A stretch of DNA of 64,000 nt from Phycisphaerales bacterium. GTDB lineage: Bacteria > Planctomycetota > Phycisphaerae > Phycisphaerales > JAGLTS01. The stretch spans positions 1-64,000 of the forward strand of contig JAGLTS010000028.1 in NCBI GenBank assembly GCA_023135165.1, given 5' to 3'. The translations under genes and the position numbers were made by a program. The notes beneath the pieces are model-generated. The model worked only from the letters and a program-made list of their open reading frames with translations, was not told the origin of the DNA and made no database searches. Every line of letters begins with the position of its first letter. The first letter of the stretch is position 1. Below are positions 27,905-38,198 of this stretch, piece by piece.

Positions 27905-30016
27905 TCACGGCTCCGCCACGACGCGGAACCCGAGGTAGCTCACCACGTACCCTGGCGCGAACCCTGTTCGCTGCGCCGATCGGCAGTGCTCGGGGCTGTC
28001 ATTCCATGACCCGCCGCGAACGGCTCGCAACTCGCCCGACCACGGCCCGGTCGGATCCTCGTTCGGCAAGAAACGGTACGCATCCTCGGCGTACCAGTCG
28101 CTGCACCATTCCGCGACGTTGCCGTGCATGTCGTGCAGCCCCCAATCGTTGGGCTCGAACATCCCGACCGGCGTCGTCTCCGCGCGGTAGTTGCCACCTT
28201 TCTCATCGAAGTCGTCCGCGTGGTTTGCCTGTTCCGTCGAAAGGTGGTCGCCGAACGCATACCGCGTCATTGTGCCCGCTCGACAGGCGTACTCCCATTC
28301 CGCTTCCGTCGGCAAGCGGTACGTCAGCCCTTCGCGCCGACTCAGCGTCTCGCAGAAGCGCACCGCGTCGTGCCATGTCACGCTATCGACCGGACGATCG
28401 CCGCCGTGGAAGGTGCTCGGGTCGGATTTCTCCCCCATCACCTCCCACCACTGCTGCTGCGTGACTTCCGCCACGGCTATGTAGTAGCCCCTTGTCAGCG
28501 TCACCTCGCGCCGGCGCTCGTCATCATTGCGATCATCCTCCCCGCGCGGGCTGCCCATCATGAACGAACCAGGCTCGATGTAGACAAGGACCATGCCGAT
28601 TGAGTTGGAAAAGACCTCGCCGAACGCAGCTCCGGGGTCTTCGGCGAACTCCTCCTCGAACCAGTTGTCTTCGGGCTTGGGATCACCTTTTGTTGGCTCA
28701 ATGTCGGGCACATCCCGCTCGACCGCGTGGTCGTCGGGCAGCGTTTCCCAGAATGGGTTCGTGATATCGTCAGGCTCGTCGACGGTTTCATCCCAGACCG
28801 GCCTGCCGGCACCGGACACGTCGAGTTCATACGGGTCCGACTCGGCAACGTCGATCACGAGGATGTGCGATTGGTCGTCTTCCGCCGGTTCATCCGTGAT
28901 CGGTTCGCCTTTCACAGGCTCGCTCTTGACCGGGTCGTGGATGGGACTGGGCGTTGGATCGGGTTCGCCTCCACCGCCCCCGCGCAGCGCGCTGATCCAC
29001 GGAAAAACGCCCGTCTGATCGAGCACGAATGCGGTCGCGGCGAGCCCGATGGTGAGGATGATGAGCACAGTCAGTACAGCACGAAGGCGCAGCCCGGCAT
29101 GGGCGGGCCGCTTGGCCGCGCGCGGCGTTGGGGGCGTGATCTTGGGCGCTGCCGCACCGACAGGCTCCGCTCCATGCAGCCGCGCAGCCAGCGCGCCGGC
29201 GCTTGCGGGACGATCCTGCTTTTCCTTCGCGAGTGCTGACGCCAGCACATCGTTCACATGGGCAGGCTGACCGGGAATCGGTCCCGGCTGCACGTACTTG
29301 ATCTGTTCCGGCAGGTCGCCGGTCGTGAACGGAGGCTCGCCGCGCAGCGCTTCGTACAGCGTCGCCGCGAACGAGTAGATGTCGTTGCTCTTGTGGTTCT
29401 CGCCTCGCAAGTGTTGCGGGCTCATGTAGGGCAGCGTGCCGGATGAATCGCGTCCCGTGACGCGCGTCATCGTGTCCTTCGCTTCACGCGCGATGCCGAA
29501 GTCCATCAGGTAGGCATCGTCATCCGCGTCGATCATGATGTTCGACGGCTTCAGATCGCGGTGCAGGACACCCTTGCGGTGCGCGAAATCGAGCGCCTCG
29601 GCGATCTGGCCGGCCCATTTCGTCACGCGGTCAAGCGGCAGGCCGTCGATGTGCGAGGCGAGCATGTCGTCAAGCGTGGTGCCCTGGACGTACTGCATGA
29701 CGAGGTAGGCCGTGTCGCCGCGCGCGGGGTCAACCTCGAAGTTGTAGAGGCGAACGATGTGCGGATGCGTGAGGTCCAGGCACGTCGCAGCTTCCTTCTT
29801 GAGTCGCGACACCGCTCGCGGGCTTCGACCCAGCACCGTCGGCAGGAGTTTCAGGGCAACTTGCCTGTCCTCCAGGCGCGTGTCCTCAGCGAGCCAGACG
29901 ACGCCCATCCCGCCCTGACCGATTTGCCGCAGAAGGTGATACCGGCCGGACAGCACATCGCCTTGTTCAAGCGAAACGAGCGTCCCTTGGAACTCATCCG
30001 GTGCAGGTTTCGACAT
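27905..30016 (-). CDS. Hanks-type Ser/Thr protein kinase fused to a C-terminal formylglycine-generating-enzyme (FGE/SUMF1) domain, with a TM helix in between
   Basis: Start at ATG 30016 (MSKPAPDEF). GQGGMGVVWLA...VALK, HRDLKPSNIMI and DFGIA kinase motifs. TM segment LTVLIILTIGLAATAFVL. C-terminal RLPTEAEWEYACRAGT...GLHDMHGNVAEWCSDWY...RGGSW FGE-sulfatase fold. Confidence 0.8.
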   Translation of the reverse strand: MSKPAPDEFQGTLVSLEQGDVLSGRYHLLRQIGQGGMGVVWLAEDTRLEDRQVALKLLPTVLGRSPRAVSRLKKEAATCLDLTHPHIVRLYNFEVDPARGDTAYLVMQYVQGTTLDDMLASHIDGLPLDRVTKWAGQIAEALDFAHRKGVLHRDLKPSNIMIDADDDAYLMDFGIAREAKDTMTRVTGRDSSGTLPYMSPQHLRGENHKSNDIYSFAATLYEALRGEPPFTTGDLPEQIKYVQPGPIPGQPAHVNDVLASALAKEKQDRPASAGALAARLHGAEPVGAAAPKITPPTPRAAKRPAHAGLRLRAVLTVLIILTIGLAATAFVLDQTGVFPWISALRGGGGGEPDPTPSPIHDPVKSEPVKGEPITDEPAEDDQSHILVIDVAESDPYELDVSGAGRPVWDETVDEPDDITNPFWETLPDDHAVERDVPDIEPTKGDPKPEDNWFEEEFAEDPGAAFGEVFSNSIGMVLVYIEPGSFMMGSPRGEDDRNDDERRREVTLTRGYYIAVAEVTQQQWWEVMGEKSDPSTFHGGDRPVDSVTWHDAVRFCETLSRREGLTYRLPTEAEWEYACRAGTMTRYAFGDHLSTEQANHADDFDEKGGNYRAETTPVGMFEPNDWGLHDMHGNVAEWCSDWYAEDAYRFLPNEDPTGPWSGELRAVRGGSWNDSPEHCRSAQRTGFAPGYVVSYLGFRVVAEP

Positions 30017-30208
30017 GGCCTGATCCCGCATGGACCGCATCACCGGCCGTGCGCCGCAAATGACAACGCACACAGCCTACCAGACACAGCCGTCACAGCA
30101 CCAGCGGAATCCGCCACGTACGCGCCCCGCATCAACGGAGCCATACCGACGGGGCGGTTCAGTCGCCACCGGCACCCACACCGGCTGACGGTCGATGCCC
30201 GGCGATGA

Positions 30209-31492
30209 TCAGGTCACGGGGGAGTCGTTGATGTCGGTGACATCCGGGTCTGACGGCCTCTCAGTCTCATCCATCGCCGGCACCCAGGTGTCGCCATAAA
30301 TGTCCTCAATCGTGTACTCCTTCGCTGCATTCATGAACATGTTGCACGGCGCGGAGACATCGTACCCTTGGTGGATGAGCTCGCGCGTCCTGTCTAGCCA
30401 CCACTTCACGACCTTCGGATCATCCCATTCGCACCCCTTCAGATGTTTCGGTATCTTCGTGACCTGAATGACGATCGGCCCCTGCAGGTCATGCTTCGCA
30501 ACGTACGGCCCGACCACTGGCTCCTCCGGGGGATCGGGATATGAACCATCGCCCCTGTCAGCCCATTCCGAAAGGACGCAGTACATCCCGAAGTCAGGGT
30601 CATCCGCCCAAAACGTCCCGTCTGCCCAGTTTGTTGAGCCCCTCGGATACATGAACCGCACATGCGGTCGTGGCTCGAGCAGCATTTGGCCTCCATAGCC
30701 CCGACCGCCCTGCTGTGTGGTTACCCGTCCCTTGAGATCATCCAAGAACTGGCGAGCCTTGGTCGTGTGGTGAGAAAGCTCCGGGATGTGGACTGCGGCC
30801 GCATCAACGATGATGGAGCATTGCGCATCGAGGAAATCCTGCACGCTGGCCAATGCTCGCTCCTCCCACCGATCAGCGTACGCCGTGTTGTCCATCCGCA
30901 CGATCCCCGGGATAGAGCAGTGCAGCGCCCCAAGGTAAATGTGCACGCGTTCCGAGCCGAGTTCACTTGACAGAGTGGCCAGCTTGTCCCGAAGCCAGTC
31001 GTAATCGAGGTTTTGGAACTCGCCGTGGTCTCGCTTTCGCTCCTTCGTGTGTTCAACCTGATCCCACTGCATCCAAGGGAGGCCCAACCTGCCTACAGGG
31101 GTATCCGGGGTGGACTTGGTCTTGCGCCCAGGTGGGTCGTTCTGGGCCGCGATGTTGCGTCCGTATGTTCGGTTGATGCCCCCTGGGTTATGCAGGTGCA
31201 GGGCGGCGTGGTCCCCCATCCAGTCCAACGTAGCCTTGACAACGCCTGCATAAACCCAATCAAACTCATCCGGCTCATCCGGCGTCTTGCCGGAGCGATT
31301 GCCCATCCCCGCCTTCTCTGCGGCGCTCTTCGGGGGATCGATGATCCCGTCGAAGAACCATCGAAATCCCCTGTCGAGGATCTTCTTGTTGATCAGCTTC
31401 CACTCCAGCGGGTCGTCGAGTTGACCGCTACCTCCGATCTCGAAGTGTGCGAACAGCCGGCCTGGATTAGATCCCGTCGATGCCCGTTTCAT
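30209..31492 (-). CDS. Hypothetical protein (427 aa, no signal peptide, no recognisable motif)
   Basis: Clean ORF with AAGGGA RBS. Flanked on both sides by FGE-domain genes on the same strand. Confidence 0.5.
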   Translation of the reverse strand: MKRASTGSNPGRLFAHFEIGGSGQLDDPLEWKLINKKILDRGFRWFFDGIIDPPKSAAEKAGMGNRSGKTPDEPDEFDWVYAGVVKATLDWMGDHAALHLHNPGGINRTYGRNIAAQNDPPGRKTKSTPDTPVGRLGLPWMQWDQVEHTKERKRDHGEFQNLDYDWLRDKLATLSSELGSERVHIYLGALHCSIPGIVRMDNTAYADRWEERALASVQDFLDAQCSIIVDAAAVHIPELSHHTTKARQFLDDLKGRVTTQQGGRGYGGQMLLEPRPHVRFMYPRGSTNWADGTFWADDPDFGMYCVLSEWADRGDGSYPDPPEEPVVGPYVAKHDLQGPIVIQVTKIPKHLKGCEWDDPKVVKWWLDRTRELIHQGYDVSAPCNMFMNAAKEYTIEDIYGDTWVPAMDETERPSDPDVTDINDSPVT

Positions 31493-31721
31493 TGTCGTCC
31501 CTTTCAGAAGAGCGTCTACTGCATCTGGCCAAGTTTGCGTGCCACGGCCGGGCCGCGGTCTTCGGCAGCATTTACAGGTGCTGCCCTAGTACTAGTCTCT
31601 TCAGACGCCGCTGCGCAACGCGCTTTTTGGCAACTTTTGCAGTTTTTCTTCGAATGTGGGCGTTCATGAGCACCACAGCGACACGCTGGCGACACCAAGC
31701 AACACGAATGGCCCGGTCGCG

Positions 31722-32747
31722 CTACGGCTCCATCACCACACGGAAGCCGATCGTTGCGAAGCGATGGCGAGGCGTCGCGCCGAATCGGTGTGCTGATCGA
31801 CAATACTGGGGATAGCTGACCCAGTGTCCGCCTCGCAGGACGCGCAGCCTGCCGTTCGCGGGGCCGGTCGGGTTCCGCTTCGGCGACTGCCCGTAGGACG
31901 CATCGCTGTACCAGTCGGCGCACCATTCCCAGACGTTGCCGTGCATGTCATACAAGCCCCATGCGTTGCTACCCAGGCTGCCGACCGGAAGCGTCGCTCG
32001 CCGATATACGCCCGCGATGCCCTTTCCGTAGACTTCTCGGCCGTCGTAGTTCACGACTTCCGTCGAGATTGTCTCGCCAAACGAGAACGGCGTCGTCGTG
32101 CCGGCGCGACATGCGTATTCCCATTCCGCTTCCGTCGGCAGGCGATATGTCTTGCCTTCACGTTCACTCAGTCGCCGACAGAACTCCGCAGCATCTTCCC
32201 ATGACACCTTCTCGACTGGCAGATCGCCCTCATCGCGAAACTTGCTCGGGTTGCTCCCCGTGACCTGCTCATACTGATCCTGCGTGACCTCTGTCGCGCC
32301 GATGTAGAACATGTGCGTGAGTTCAACCCTGTGCTGAACCTCTCGATCATCCCGGTCTTGTTCATCCTTCGGCGAGCCCATTATGAAACCGCCCGGCTGG
32401 ATGGAGACGAACGCCATGCCGATCGAGTTGACGACTCTCGCGTTCACATCGTCCGAGACGGCGGCTGGTGGATCGGACGATTCCGCAGCGCTCGGGTCGC
32501 GCAGACGAATCAGGCCGCTGTGTTGGATGGACTTCGTCGGCTGCTCGACGGCCGGCACGTGCTGCTCGCGCTCGGCAGGCTGTGCAGGCTGCGTCTTGTC
32601 CGCCTCGTCCTCAACGATCGGTGCCTGCGCCTCTTCGACTTGGGCGGTTTCGCGCGTCGCGATGGGTGTGCTCACATCACACCCGTGCCCGCCTGTGAAC
32701 GCAGCAAGCAGGAGCGCGGCCGTCAGACGTATCGTTGACCAGTCCAT
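31722..32747 (-). CDS. Lipoprotein with formylglycine-generating-enzyme (FGE/SUMF1) domain
   Basis: Signal plus lipobox (LLLAAFTGGHGCD). RLPTEAEWEYACRAGTTT...GLYDMHGNVWEWCADWY...RGGHW. Confidence 0.75.
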   Translation of the reverse strand: MDWSTIRLTAALLLAAFTGGHGCDVSTPIATRETAQVEEAQAPIVEDEADKTQPAQPAEREQHVPAVEQPTKSIQHSGLIRLRDPSAAESSDPPAAVSDDVNARVVNSIGMAFVSIQPGGFIMGSPKDEQDRDDREVQHRVELTHMFYIGATEVTQDQYEQVTGSNPSKFRDEGDLPVEKVSWEDAAEFCRRLSEREGKTYRLPTEAEWEYACRAGTTTPFSFGETISTEVVNYDGREVYGKGIAGVYRRATLPVGSLGSNAWGLYDMHGNVWEWCADWYSDASYGQSPKRNPTGPANGRLRVLRGGHWVSYPQYCRSAHRFGATPRHRFATIGFRVVMEP

Positions 32748-32964
32748 GCCTGCATCCTCTTCTGCTCGACCCGCTGCGTGATGCGGAACGGTGTGCAGTG
32801 TATCGCAAACGACCCCTCATCCGGTCCGACCCGCGGTCCCGCCCCTGAAGCCTCCACAACACCTCGATCCGGGCGTAACCCCAGCCCAGGGGAGATAAGC
32901 GGACGGCTTTGCGGTATCTTGAAACCACCGGCGCCATGCAGCGCCTTGGAGAGCTTCACCCGCG

Positions 32965-34317
32965 ATGAACGACACTGACTCGCCAATCGAGCTTGCGGTG
33001 AACACGAATCGGCTCTTCATGGAAGGGCTGCACGCCGTCCTGGACATTCGGTTCTCCAACCGAAGCCCGGATGACCGGTTCAAGATCAGCCTGCACCTTC
33101 GCAGCCGATTGCTTCCTGAAGATGCGGAAATGCATGTGACGCTTCATGAAGGTCAGCAGAGACGCAGGTCGCTCGACCTGCACCTGCCCAGGGCGGCGGA
33201 GGGCGGCGTGGGGTCCGCGGGCGATGCTCGTTTCGATGTCGAACTGATCGTCGATGCGGGTGAAGAAGGGAAGCACCACTTCGTCGGCGAGTTCATCCTC
33301 TGCGTCCTCGCCTACACGGAGAGCAGGCGCGAGATCAACGTCAACATCGGCAAGCTCGTCGAGCAGCACGGCGACAAGGCGGGCATGGGCGCGATCAACG
33401 AGTTCGACATGAGCGACTTCATCAAGTTGCCCGAGTCGATGAGCGTCAACGATCTCATCACGCAGCCCCGCGCCCCGCGCTTCACGCCGATCGAACTGGA
33501 ATACGAAGGCGAACTGACACCGCCCACATCACCCCCACCCCCAGCACCACCCCCATCGCCCGTCGGCGAACGCGATGTGACTGGCTTGACGCGATGCGCG
33601 CTCGACGATCAACGCACGGGAGCGCGACTGCTCGTACATGCCGGTGATTCGATCACCCTCGGATGCGGTCGAGCCAAGGCGGACATCGTGACGTGGGTTC
33701 TTCCAAGATCCGAGGAAAACGACTGGGCCACACGCCACATCTCGAATGTGCATTGCGAAATGCGTTTCACACGCCGTGGACTGACCGTCACGCTACGCTC
33801 CAAGACGAATCCAGCGTGGCTGAATGATGAGAAGCTCATCGCGGAACAAGAGGTCGCACTGCCGATCGACGCTCCGGTTCGGCTGCGCCTCGCGTCGAGC
33901 TTTGAGCTTTCGCTGACCGCGCTCTCGACCCCGCCTGTTGCGCAATCAACTTTTGATGCGTGGTTCAAGCATGTAGAGGGCGCGGCGCGCGATCGATGGA
34001 CATGGTCCGGCCAATCGGGCATCGGCGCCATCCTTATTGAGCGCAACGACCTGCTCGCCGCGCAGGAACGGTATCTCTGGCTGATCTCCGCATGCGCTCT
34101 GCCGCAGTTCACCGATTCGACGGAGCCGCTTGAAGAGACCGGCCTGCTCTCGCTGCCGAACGTCGCATTCGCAGCCGTCGCCGGTGGAGCGAACCTCGCC
34201 GTGGATGAGCACGGCGTCCCCGAGAGCACAGCCTGGCCGATCGCGGAGAACGACCAGATCATAATCGGCGACTGCGCGCTCACCGTCGGCCCACCCGCCC
34301 AGACGCTCGATATCTAG
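32965..34317 (+). CDS. FHA-domain-containing protein (hypothetical; FHA in the central region, Pro-rich linker)
   Basis: Central segment ...LLVHAGDSITLGCGRAKADIVTWVL...HCEMRFTRRGLTVTLRSKTNPAWLNDEKL has the FHA topology. Divergent from the FGE/kinase cluster. Confidence 0.55.
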   Translation: MNDTDSPIELAVNTNRLFMEGLHAVLDIRFSNRSPDDRFKISLHLRSRLLPEDAEMHVTLHEGQQRRRSLDLHLPRAAEGGVGSAGDARFDVELIVDAGEEGKHHFVGEFILCVLAYTESRREINVNIGKLVEQHGDKAGMGAINEFDMSDFIKLPESMSVNDLITQPRAPRFTPIELEYEGELTPPTSPPPPAPPPSPVGERDVTGLTRCALDDQRTGARLLVHAGDSITLGCGRAKADIVTWVLPRSEENDWATRHISNVHCEMRFTRRGLTVTLRSKTNPAWLNDEKLIAEQEVALPIDAPVRLRLASSFELSLTALSTPPVAQSTFDAWFKHVEGAARDRWTWSGQSGIGAILIERNDLLAAQERYLWLISACALPQFTDSTEPLEETGLLSLPNVAFAAVAGGANLAVDEHGVPESTAWPIAENDQIIIGDCALTVGPPAQTLDI

Positions 34318-34444
34318 GCCCTTCCTCTGCCCCGCATGCCCCGCCTGTGCTGGATTCCGTGAGTCCGGTGCACGTCTGAACCGCCACACGTGTCCGTGAC
34401 CGGGGCTTGACGACGGCCTCGGAACGGGTCGGTACGATGCTGCG

Positions 34445-35842
34445 ATGATCGACCTGAAACTGCTTCGTGAAAACCCGGATCGCTATCGCGTCGGTGCTGA
34501 GCACAAGGGCATCGCGGTGGACATCGACGTTGTGCTTGAGCTTGATGCGAAGCGGCGGGCGATGCTCAGCGATGAGGAGAAGCTGCGCGCCGAGCAGAAG
34601 CGCCTGGGCAAGGAAACCGGCGTCGAGATCGGCCGACTCAACGGGATGCTCAAGAAGGCGAGCGACGCGGACAGGCCCGGCATCGAAGCGCAACTTCGTG
34701 AACTGAAGGATCGGCCGGTCCAACTCAAGCAACGCATCGCGAAACTCGACGAGTCGGGTCGAGCGATCGAGGTGGAGTTGCGCAACTTGCTCCTGGAGAT
34801 CCCGCTTCCGCCCGATGCGGATGTCCCGCTCGGCGCATCGGAAGAGGACAACGTGCAGGTCGGCGACTGGCACCCGGATCGGTTCGACCCGGCCAAGTCG
34901 TTTGAGGAAAACCGTGGATTCGAAGCGCGAAGCCACATCGAACTCGGGGCAGCGCTCGGGCTGTTCGAGTTCGAGCGCAGTGTGAAGATCGCAGGCACGC
35001 GAAGCTACACACTCACCGGCGACGGCATGCGATTGCACCAGGCGGTGCTGCGTTTCGGTTTCGACTACATGGTGAACGAGATCGGCTTCACAGCGATGAG
35101 CGTGCCGGTCATCGTGCGTGAGGCGTGCATGGAGGGCACGGGCTTTTTCCCCGGCGGGCGGGATCAGGCATACCACGTTCCCGAGACGCAGCGAGGCGCG
35201 GGGCATGACCTGTTCCTCACCGGGACGGGCGAGGTCGGCTTGATGGCGTATCACCAGGGCGAGATCCTCGATGCGGCGCGGTTGCCGCTTCGCTACACGA
35301 CGGTGAGCACGTGCTTTCGGCGTGAGGCGGGGGCTGCGGGCAAGGACACCGCCGGGCTGTACCGCATCCATCAGTTCGACAAGGTCGAGCAGGTCGTCAT
35401 TTGCGAAGCTGACGATCAGGTAAGCCAGCAGTGGCATAAGCAAATGATCGGCTACGTCGAGACGCTGCTGCGCAGGCTGGAGTTGCCGTACCGCATCATG
35501 CAGTGCTGCACGGGCGATCTCGGGCCGAAGAATGCGTCGATGATCGACCTGGAGTGTTGGATGCCCTCGCGCGGCGAGACAGGCCCGGACGGGCGACCGG
35601 CTGGCGCGTACGGCGAGACGCATTCCGCATCACGCCTGGCTGACTTCCAGTGCAGAAGGCTCGCGTTGCGTTACCGCGTCGAAGGCGGCAAGCCGGTCGT
35701 CTGCCACAGCTTGAACAACACCGTCGTCGCCAGCCCGCGAATCCTCATCCCCATCATCGAGATGTATCAGAACGAGGACGGCTCGATCACGATTCCCACC
35801 GCGCTTCGCCCATACATGAACGGCGATGAACGCATCGGATGA
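34445..35842 (+). CDS. serS: Seryl-tRNA synthetase
   Basis: N-terminal coiled-coil arm (MIDLKLLRENPDRYR...) and class II aaRS motifs (...FRREAGAAGKDTAGLYRIHQFDKVE... and GETHSASRLADFQCRRL). Confidence 0.9.
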   Translation: MIDLKLLRENPDRYRVGAEHKGIAVDIDVVLELDAKRRAMLSDEEKLRAEQKRLGKETGVEIGRLNGMLKKASDADRPGIEAQLRELKDRPVQLKQRIAKLDESGRAIEVELRNLLLEIPLPPDADVPLGASEEDNVQVGDWHPDRFDPAKSFEENRGFEARSHIELGAALGLFEFERSVKIAGTRSYTLTGDGMRLHQAVLRFGFDYMVNEIGFTAMSVPVIVREACMEGTGFFPGGRDQAYHVPETQRGAGHDLFLTGTGEVGLMAYHQGEILDAARLPLRYTTVSTCFRREAGAAGKDTAGLYRIHQFDKVEQVVICEADDQVSQQWHKQMIGYVETLLRRLELPYRIMQCCTGDLGPKNASMIDLECWMPSRGETGPDGRPAGAYGETHSASRLADFQCRRLALRYRVEGGKPVVCHSLNNTVVASPRILIPIIEMYQNEDGSITIPTALRPYMNGDERIG

Positions 35843-35925
35843 TCGCCGGCGAGGTCCGCTCTACGCCGCTTCGACAACCGTCACACCCCATCAACCGCGA
35901 CGTTGCGATTGCCCTGTCTGCATCG

Positions 35926-36582
35926 TTAAACCTCGCCCATGTCGCCGATCGGTCGATGACCAATGGCGTCCGTGTGCGTCGTCTCCACTGCTGATCGCTG
36001 GGATCGCTCACCGGCGCCTTCGAGTTCGCGTCGGGCCTGCGCCTCCATGTGCGATGCGCGTGCCGCCACCGAGCGGTCCGCTGCGGATGGATCTTGCGGC
36101 GCCAGTGCTGCTGCGCGGATTCGCTGCGCCTTGGCGATCGTCGCGTCCGGGTCACCCGGGATGGATGCGGTGTCAATCCTCACTCTGCCGCTCGTCGCAT
36201 ACTGCCTGCCATCCGGTCCGGTGGTGTACGCGTAGTGAGGGCCGGAGGTCAGTCCCGAGCCTGCCGCGACGTGCGCCTGTTCATGCCGACGCACTTGTGC
36301 ATCGCGAGCCTGGAGCTTCGCCAGTTCCTTGTGCTCCTCGGCATCAAGCTCCTTGCTGCTCAGCGTCACGGTGTCACCATCCGCATTCCGCTGGAAGGCC
36401 GACCCGAGATACGGCCGCTCAGTCGGACGGGTCGGGTCGGCTGACGGTGTCGCATCGGGCCGCTCGGCGGCACTTCGCTGGCCAATGCGCACCACCGGCC
36501 GAACCGCCTGCGGGCCGAACGCGCGCGCGAGCAGGCTGTTGGATGCCAGACCGAACGAGTTGGCGGAAACACCCTGGATCAT
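35926..36582 (-). CDS. SprA-related family protein / putative HEQAH metallopeptidase-like protein
   Basis: ARDAQVRRHEQAHVAAGSGLTSGPHYAYTTGPDGRQYATSGRVRIDTASIPGDPDATIAKAQRIRAAALAPQDPSAADRSVAA matches my recollection of the SprA-related (PF12118) pattern. Confidence 0.45.
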   Translation of the reverse strand: MIQGVSANSFGLASNSLLARAFGPQAVRPVVRIGQRSAAERPDATPSADPTRPTERPYLGSAFQRNADGDTVTLSSKELDAEEHKELAKLQARDAQVRRHEQAHVAAGSGLTSGPHYAYTTGPDGRQYATSGRVRIDTASIPGDPDATIAKAQRIRAAALAPQDPSAADRSVAARASHMEAQARRELEGAGERSQRSAVETTHTDAIGHRPIGDMGEV

Positions 36583-36693
36583 GAGGCACCGATAGCGCTA
36601 AGTCGCCCGTTACATCGACCAAGGGCGGGGAGTTCTTGACCACAGGCCCTACGCGCCGGTTTTGCTGGGTTTATCGGACGAAACCGCCGCCAG

Positions 36694-37062
36694 TCACCTC
36701 ATGGCTGAACGGATACGCTCCAGCGTCGCATCCTCAAACAGAGTGTTCTTGCCGAAGCCCGGTTGAGCGCCCGCCTCCTCCGCCTCCACCTGGGCATCCA
36801 CGAAGTTACTCACGAGGATCGCACCCGGGCCGTCCTGCCTGCCCGTCACCGTGCGAATCAGATCGATGCCGAGCGTGATCGGGAACGAGCCGTCGAGCTC
36901 CCGGTTCACGAGCAGCAGCGACAGCTCAGCGAGCTGCGCATCGAGCACCGCCTGATCGTTGATGAGCACGACCTCCGCATCGGGGACTGCCCGGTGCGCC
37001 GTCGTCTTCAGCATGAACACATCAGGCCCGCAGTGCCCGACCAACGCGATCGTTTTCGCCAT
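36694..37062 (-). CDS. Hypothetical protein (122 aa), translationally coupled to tilS
   Basis: Start ATG 37062 overlaps the tilS stop (TGATG). No recognisable motifs. Confidence 0.4.
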   Translation of the reverse strand: MAKTIALVGHCGPDVFMLKTTAHRAVPDAEVVLINDQAVLDAQLAELSLLLVNRELDGSFPITLGIDLIRTVTGRQDGPGAILVSNFVDAQVEAEEAGAQPGFGKNTLFEDATLERIRSAMR

Positions 37063-38117
37063 CAGCGTTCTCCATCCGAGTCGGGTACATCCGCATCCGT
37101 TCGCAACGTGACGAGATGGGCTGTCACCTGAACCCAGAGCCTGCCCGCCAGGTGCAACCGCCTCGGCTCGGTCGAGCCATCCCGGATCGCATCCGCACAT
37201 TGCGTGAGCTTCCGGCCTGTGAGTTGATCCTCGCCGTCGCCGCCGAGCAGGGCTGTAGCGCGTCGGCGAAGCCCCTCAGCGAGCACCGCCGGGTCGAGCA
37301 AGCGGAGATCATCGCGCCGCCAGGCATCCGCCTCGCCCATGGCGTCGTCCGCAGCCTCGGTCACAAGCTCAGCCGCTGCTCGCCACAAGGGGGCCGCATC
37401 GACAAGACGGCGGGCGGTACCGGGGCGCATCCGTTCGATGATGGGCACGAGATCCGCGCGAACCGCTGCCCGTGTGCGTGACAGATCCCGGTTCGTCCGA
37501 TCCTCACGCCAGGCAAGCCCCGCGGTCCGGCAGCAGCCGACAGCCCAGCGGTGATCGACTGCCAGCATGGGACGAACCAGCGGTACGCCTGGTGAAAGCG
37601 GTCGCCGCCACGCCATGCCCGCCATGCCGCGCGGACCGGCCCCGCGCAGCAGCGCCATCAGCACGGTTTCGAGTTGGTCCTGCTCGTGATGCCCGACCAC
37701 CACAGCCGTCGCTCCGTCGCGGCGCGCCAACTCGCCGAGTGCCGCGTACCGGGCGGATCGGGCGGCAGCCTCGGTGTTCGCGGGCACCTCGGCCAGAACA
37801 TCGACGTCGATGACCTCGCAGGGGATTCCCAGCTCCTCACACCATTCCGTGACCGCCTCGGCGTCGGCGCTGCTCTCAGCCCCACGCAGGCCGTGCTCGA
37901 CGTGGCCGACGGTCAACGTGTAGGCGTGCTCTCGCCGCTGCGCCAGCGCAGCGACGGCGAGCAGCAGCGCTGCCGAGTCGGCCCCACCGCTCACCGCGAG
38001 GATGAGCCGAGACCCAGCCCGCACGCCGCATCGCTCGCGCAGCGCCCGCCCGATCGCAGCGACACCCCGCTCACGATGGGATGGAAGCACGAGCTTGCGG
38101 GCATTTGTCACGGACAT
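37062..38117 (-). CDS. tilS: tRNA(Ile)-lysidine synthetase
   Basis: Start at internal ATG 38117 (MSVTNARKLV...). PP-loop SGGADSAALL. The ORF upstream of this ATG is probably untranslated. Confidence 0.75.
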   Translation of the reverse strand: MSVTNARKLVLPSHRERGVAAIGRALRERCGVRAGSRLILAVSGGADSAALLLAVAALAQRREHAYTLTVGHVEHGLRGAESSADAEAVTEWCEELGIPCEVIDVDVLAEVPANTEAAARSARYAALGELARRDGATAVVVGHHEQDQLETVLMALLRGAGPRGMAGMAWRRPLSPGVPLVRPMLAVDHRWAVGCCRTAGLAWREDRTNRDLSRTRAAVRADLVPIIERMRPGTARRLVDAAPLWRAAAELVTEAADDAMGEADAWRRDDLRLLDPAVLAEGLRRRATALLGGDGEDQLTGRKLTQCADAIRDGSTEPRRLHLAGRLWVQVTAHLVTLRTDADVPDSDGER

Positions 38118-38198
38118 CGGAACATGGTACCGATACACCTGACAAGGCGTTCGGCGGAGACCGAACGCGCGATTCCGCCGACAGGAGGTCGTTACGCG

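Noticed and set aside
34280-35623. 447-aa minus ORF antisense to serS
   Set aside because: serS is unambiguous on the plus strand.
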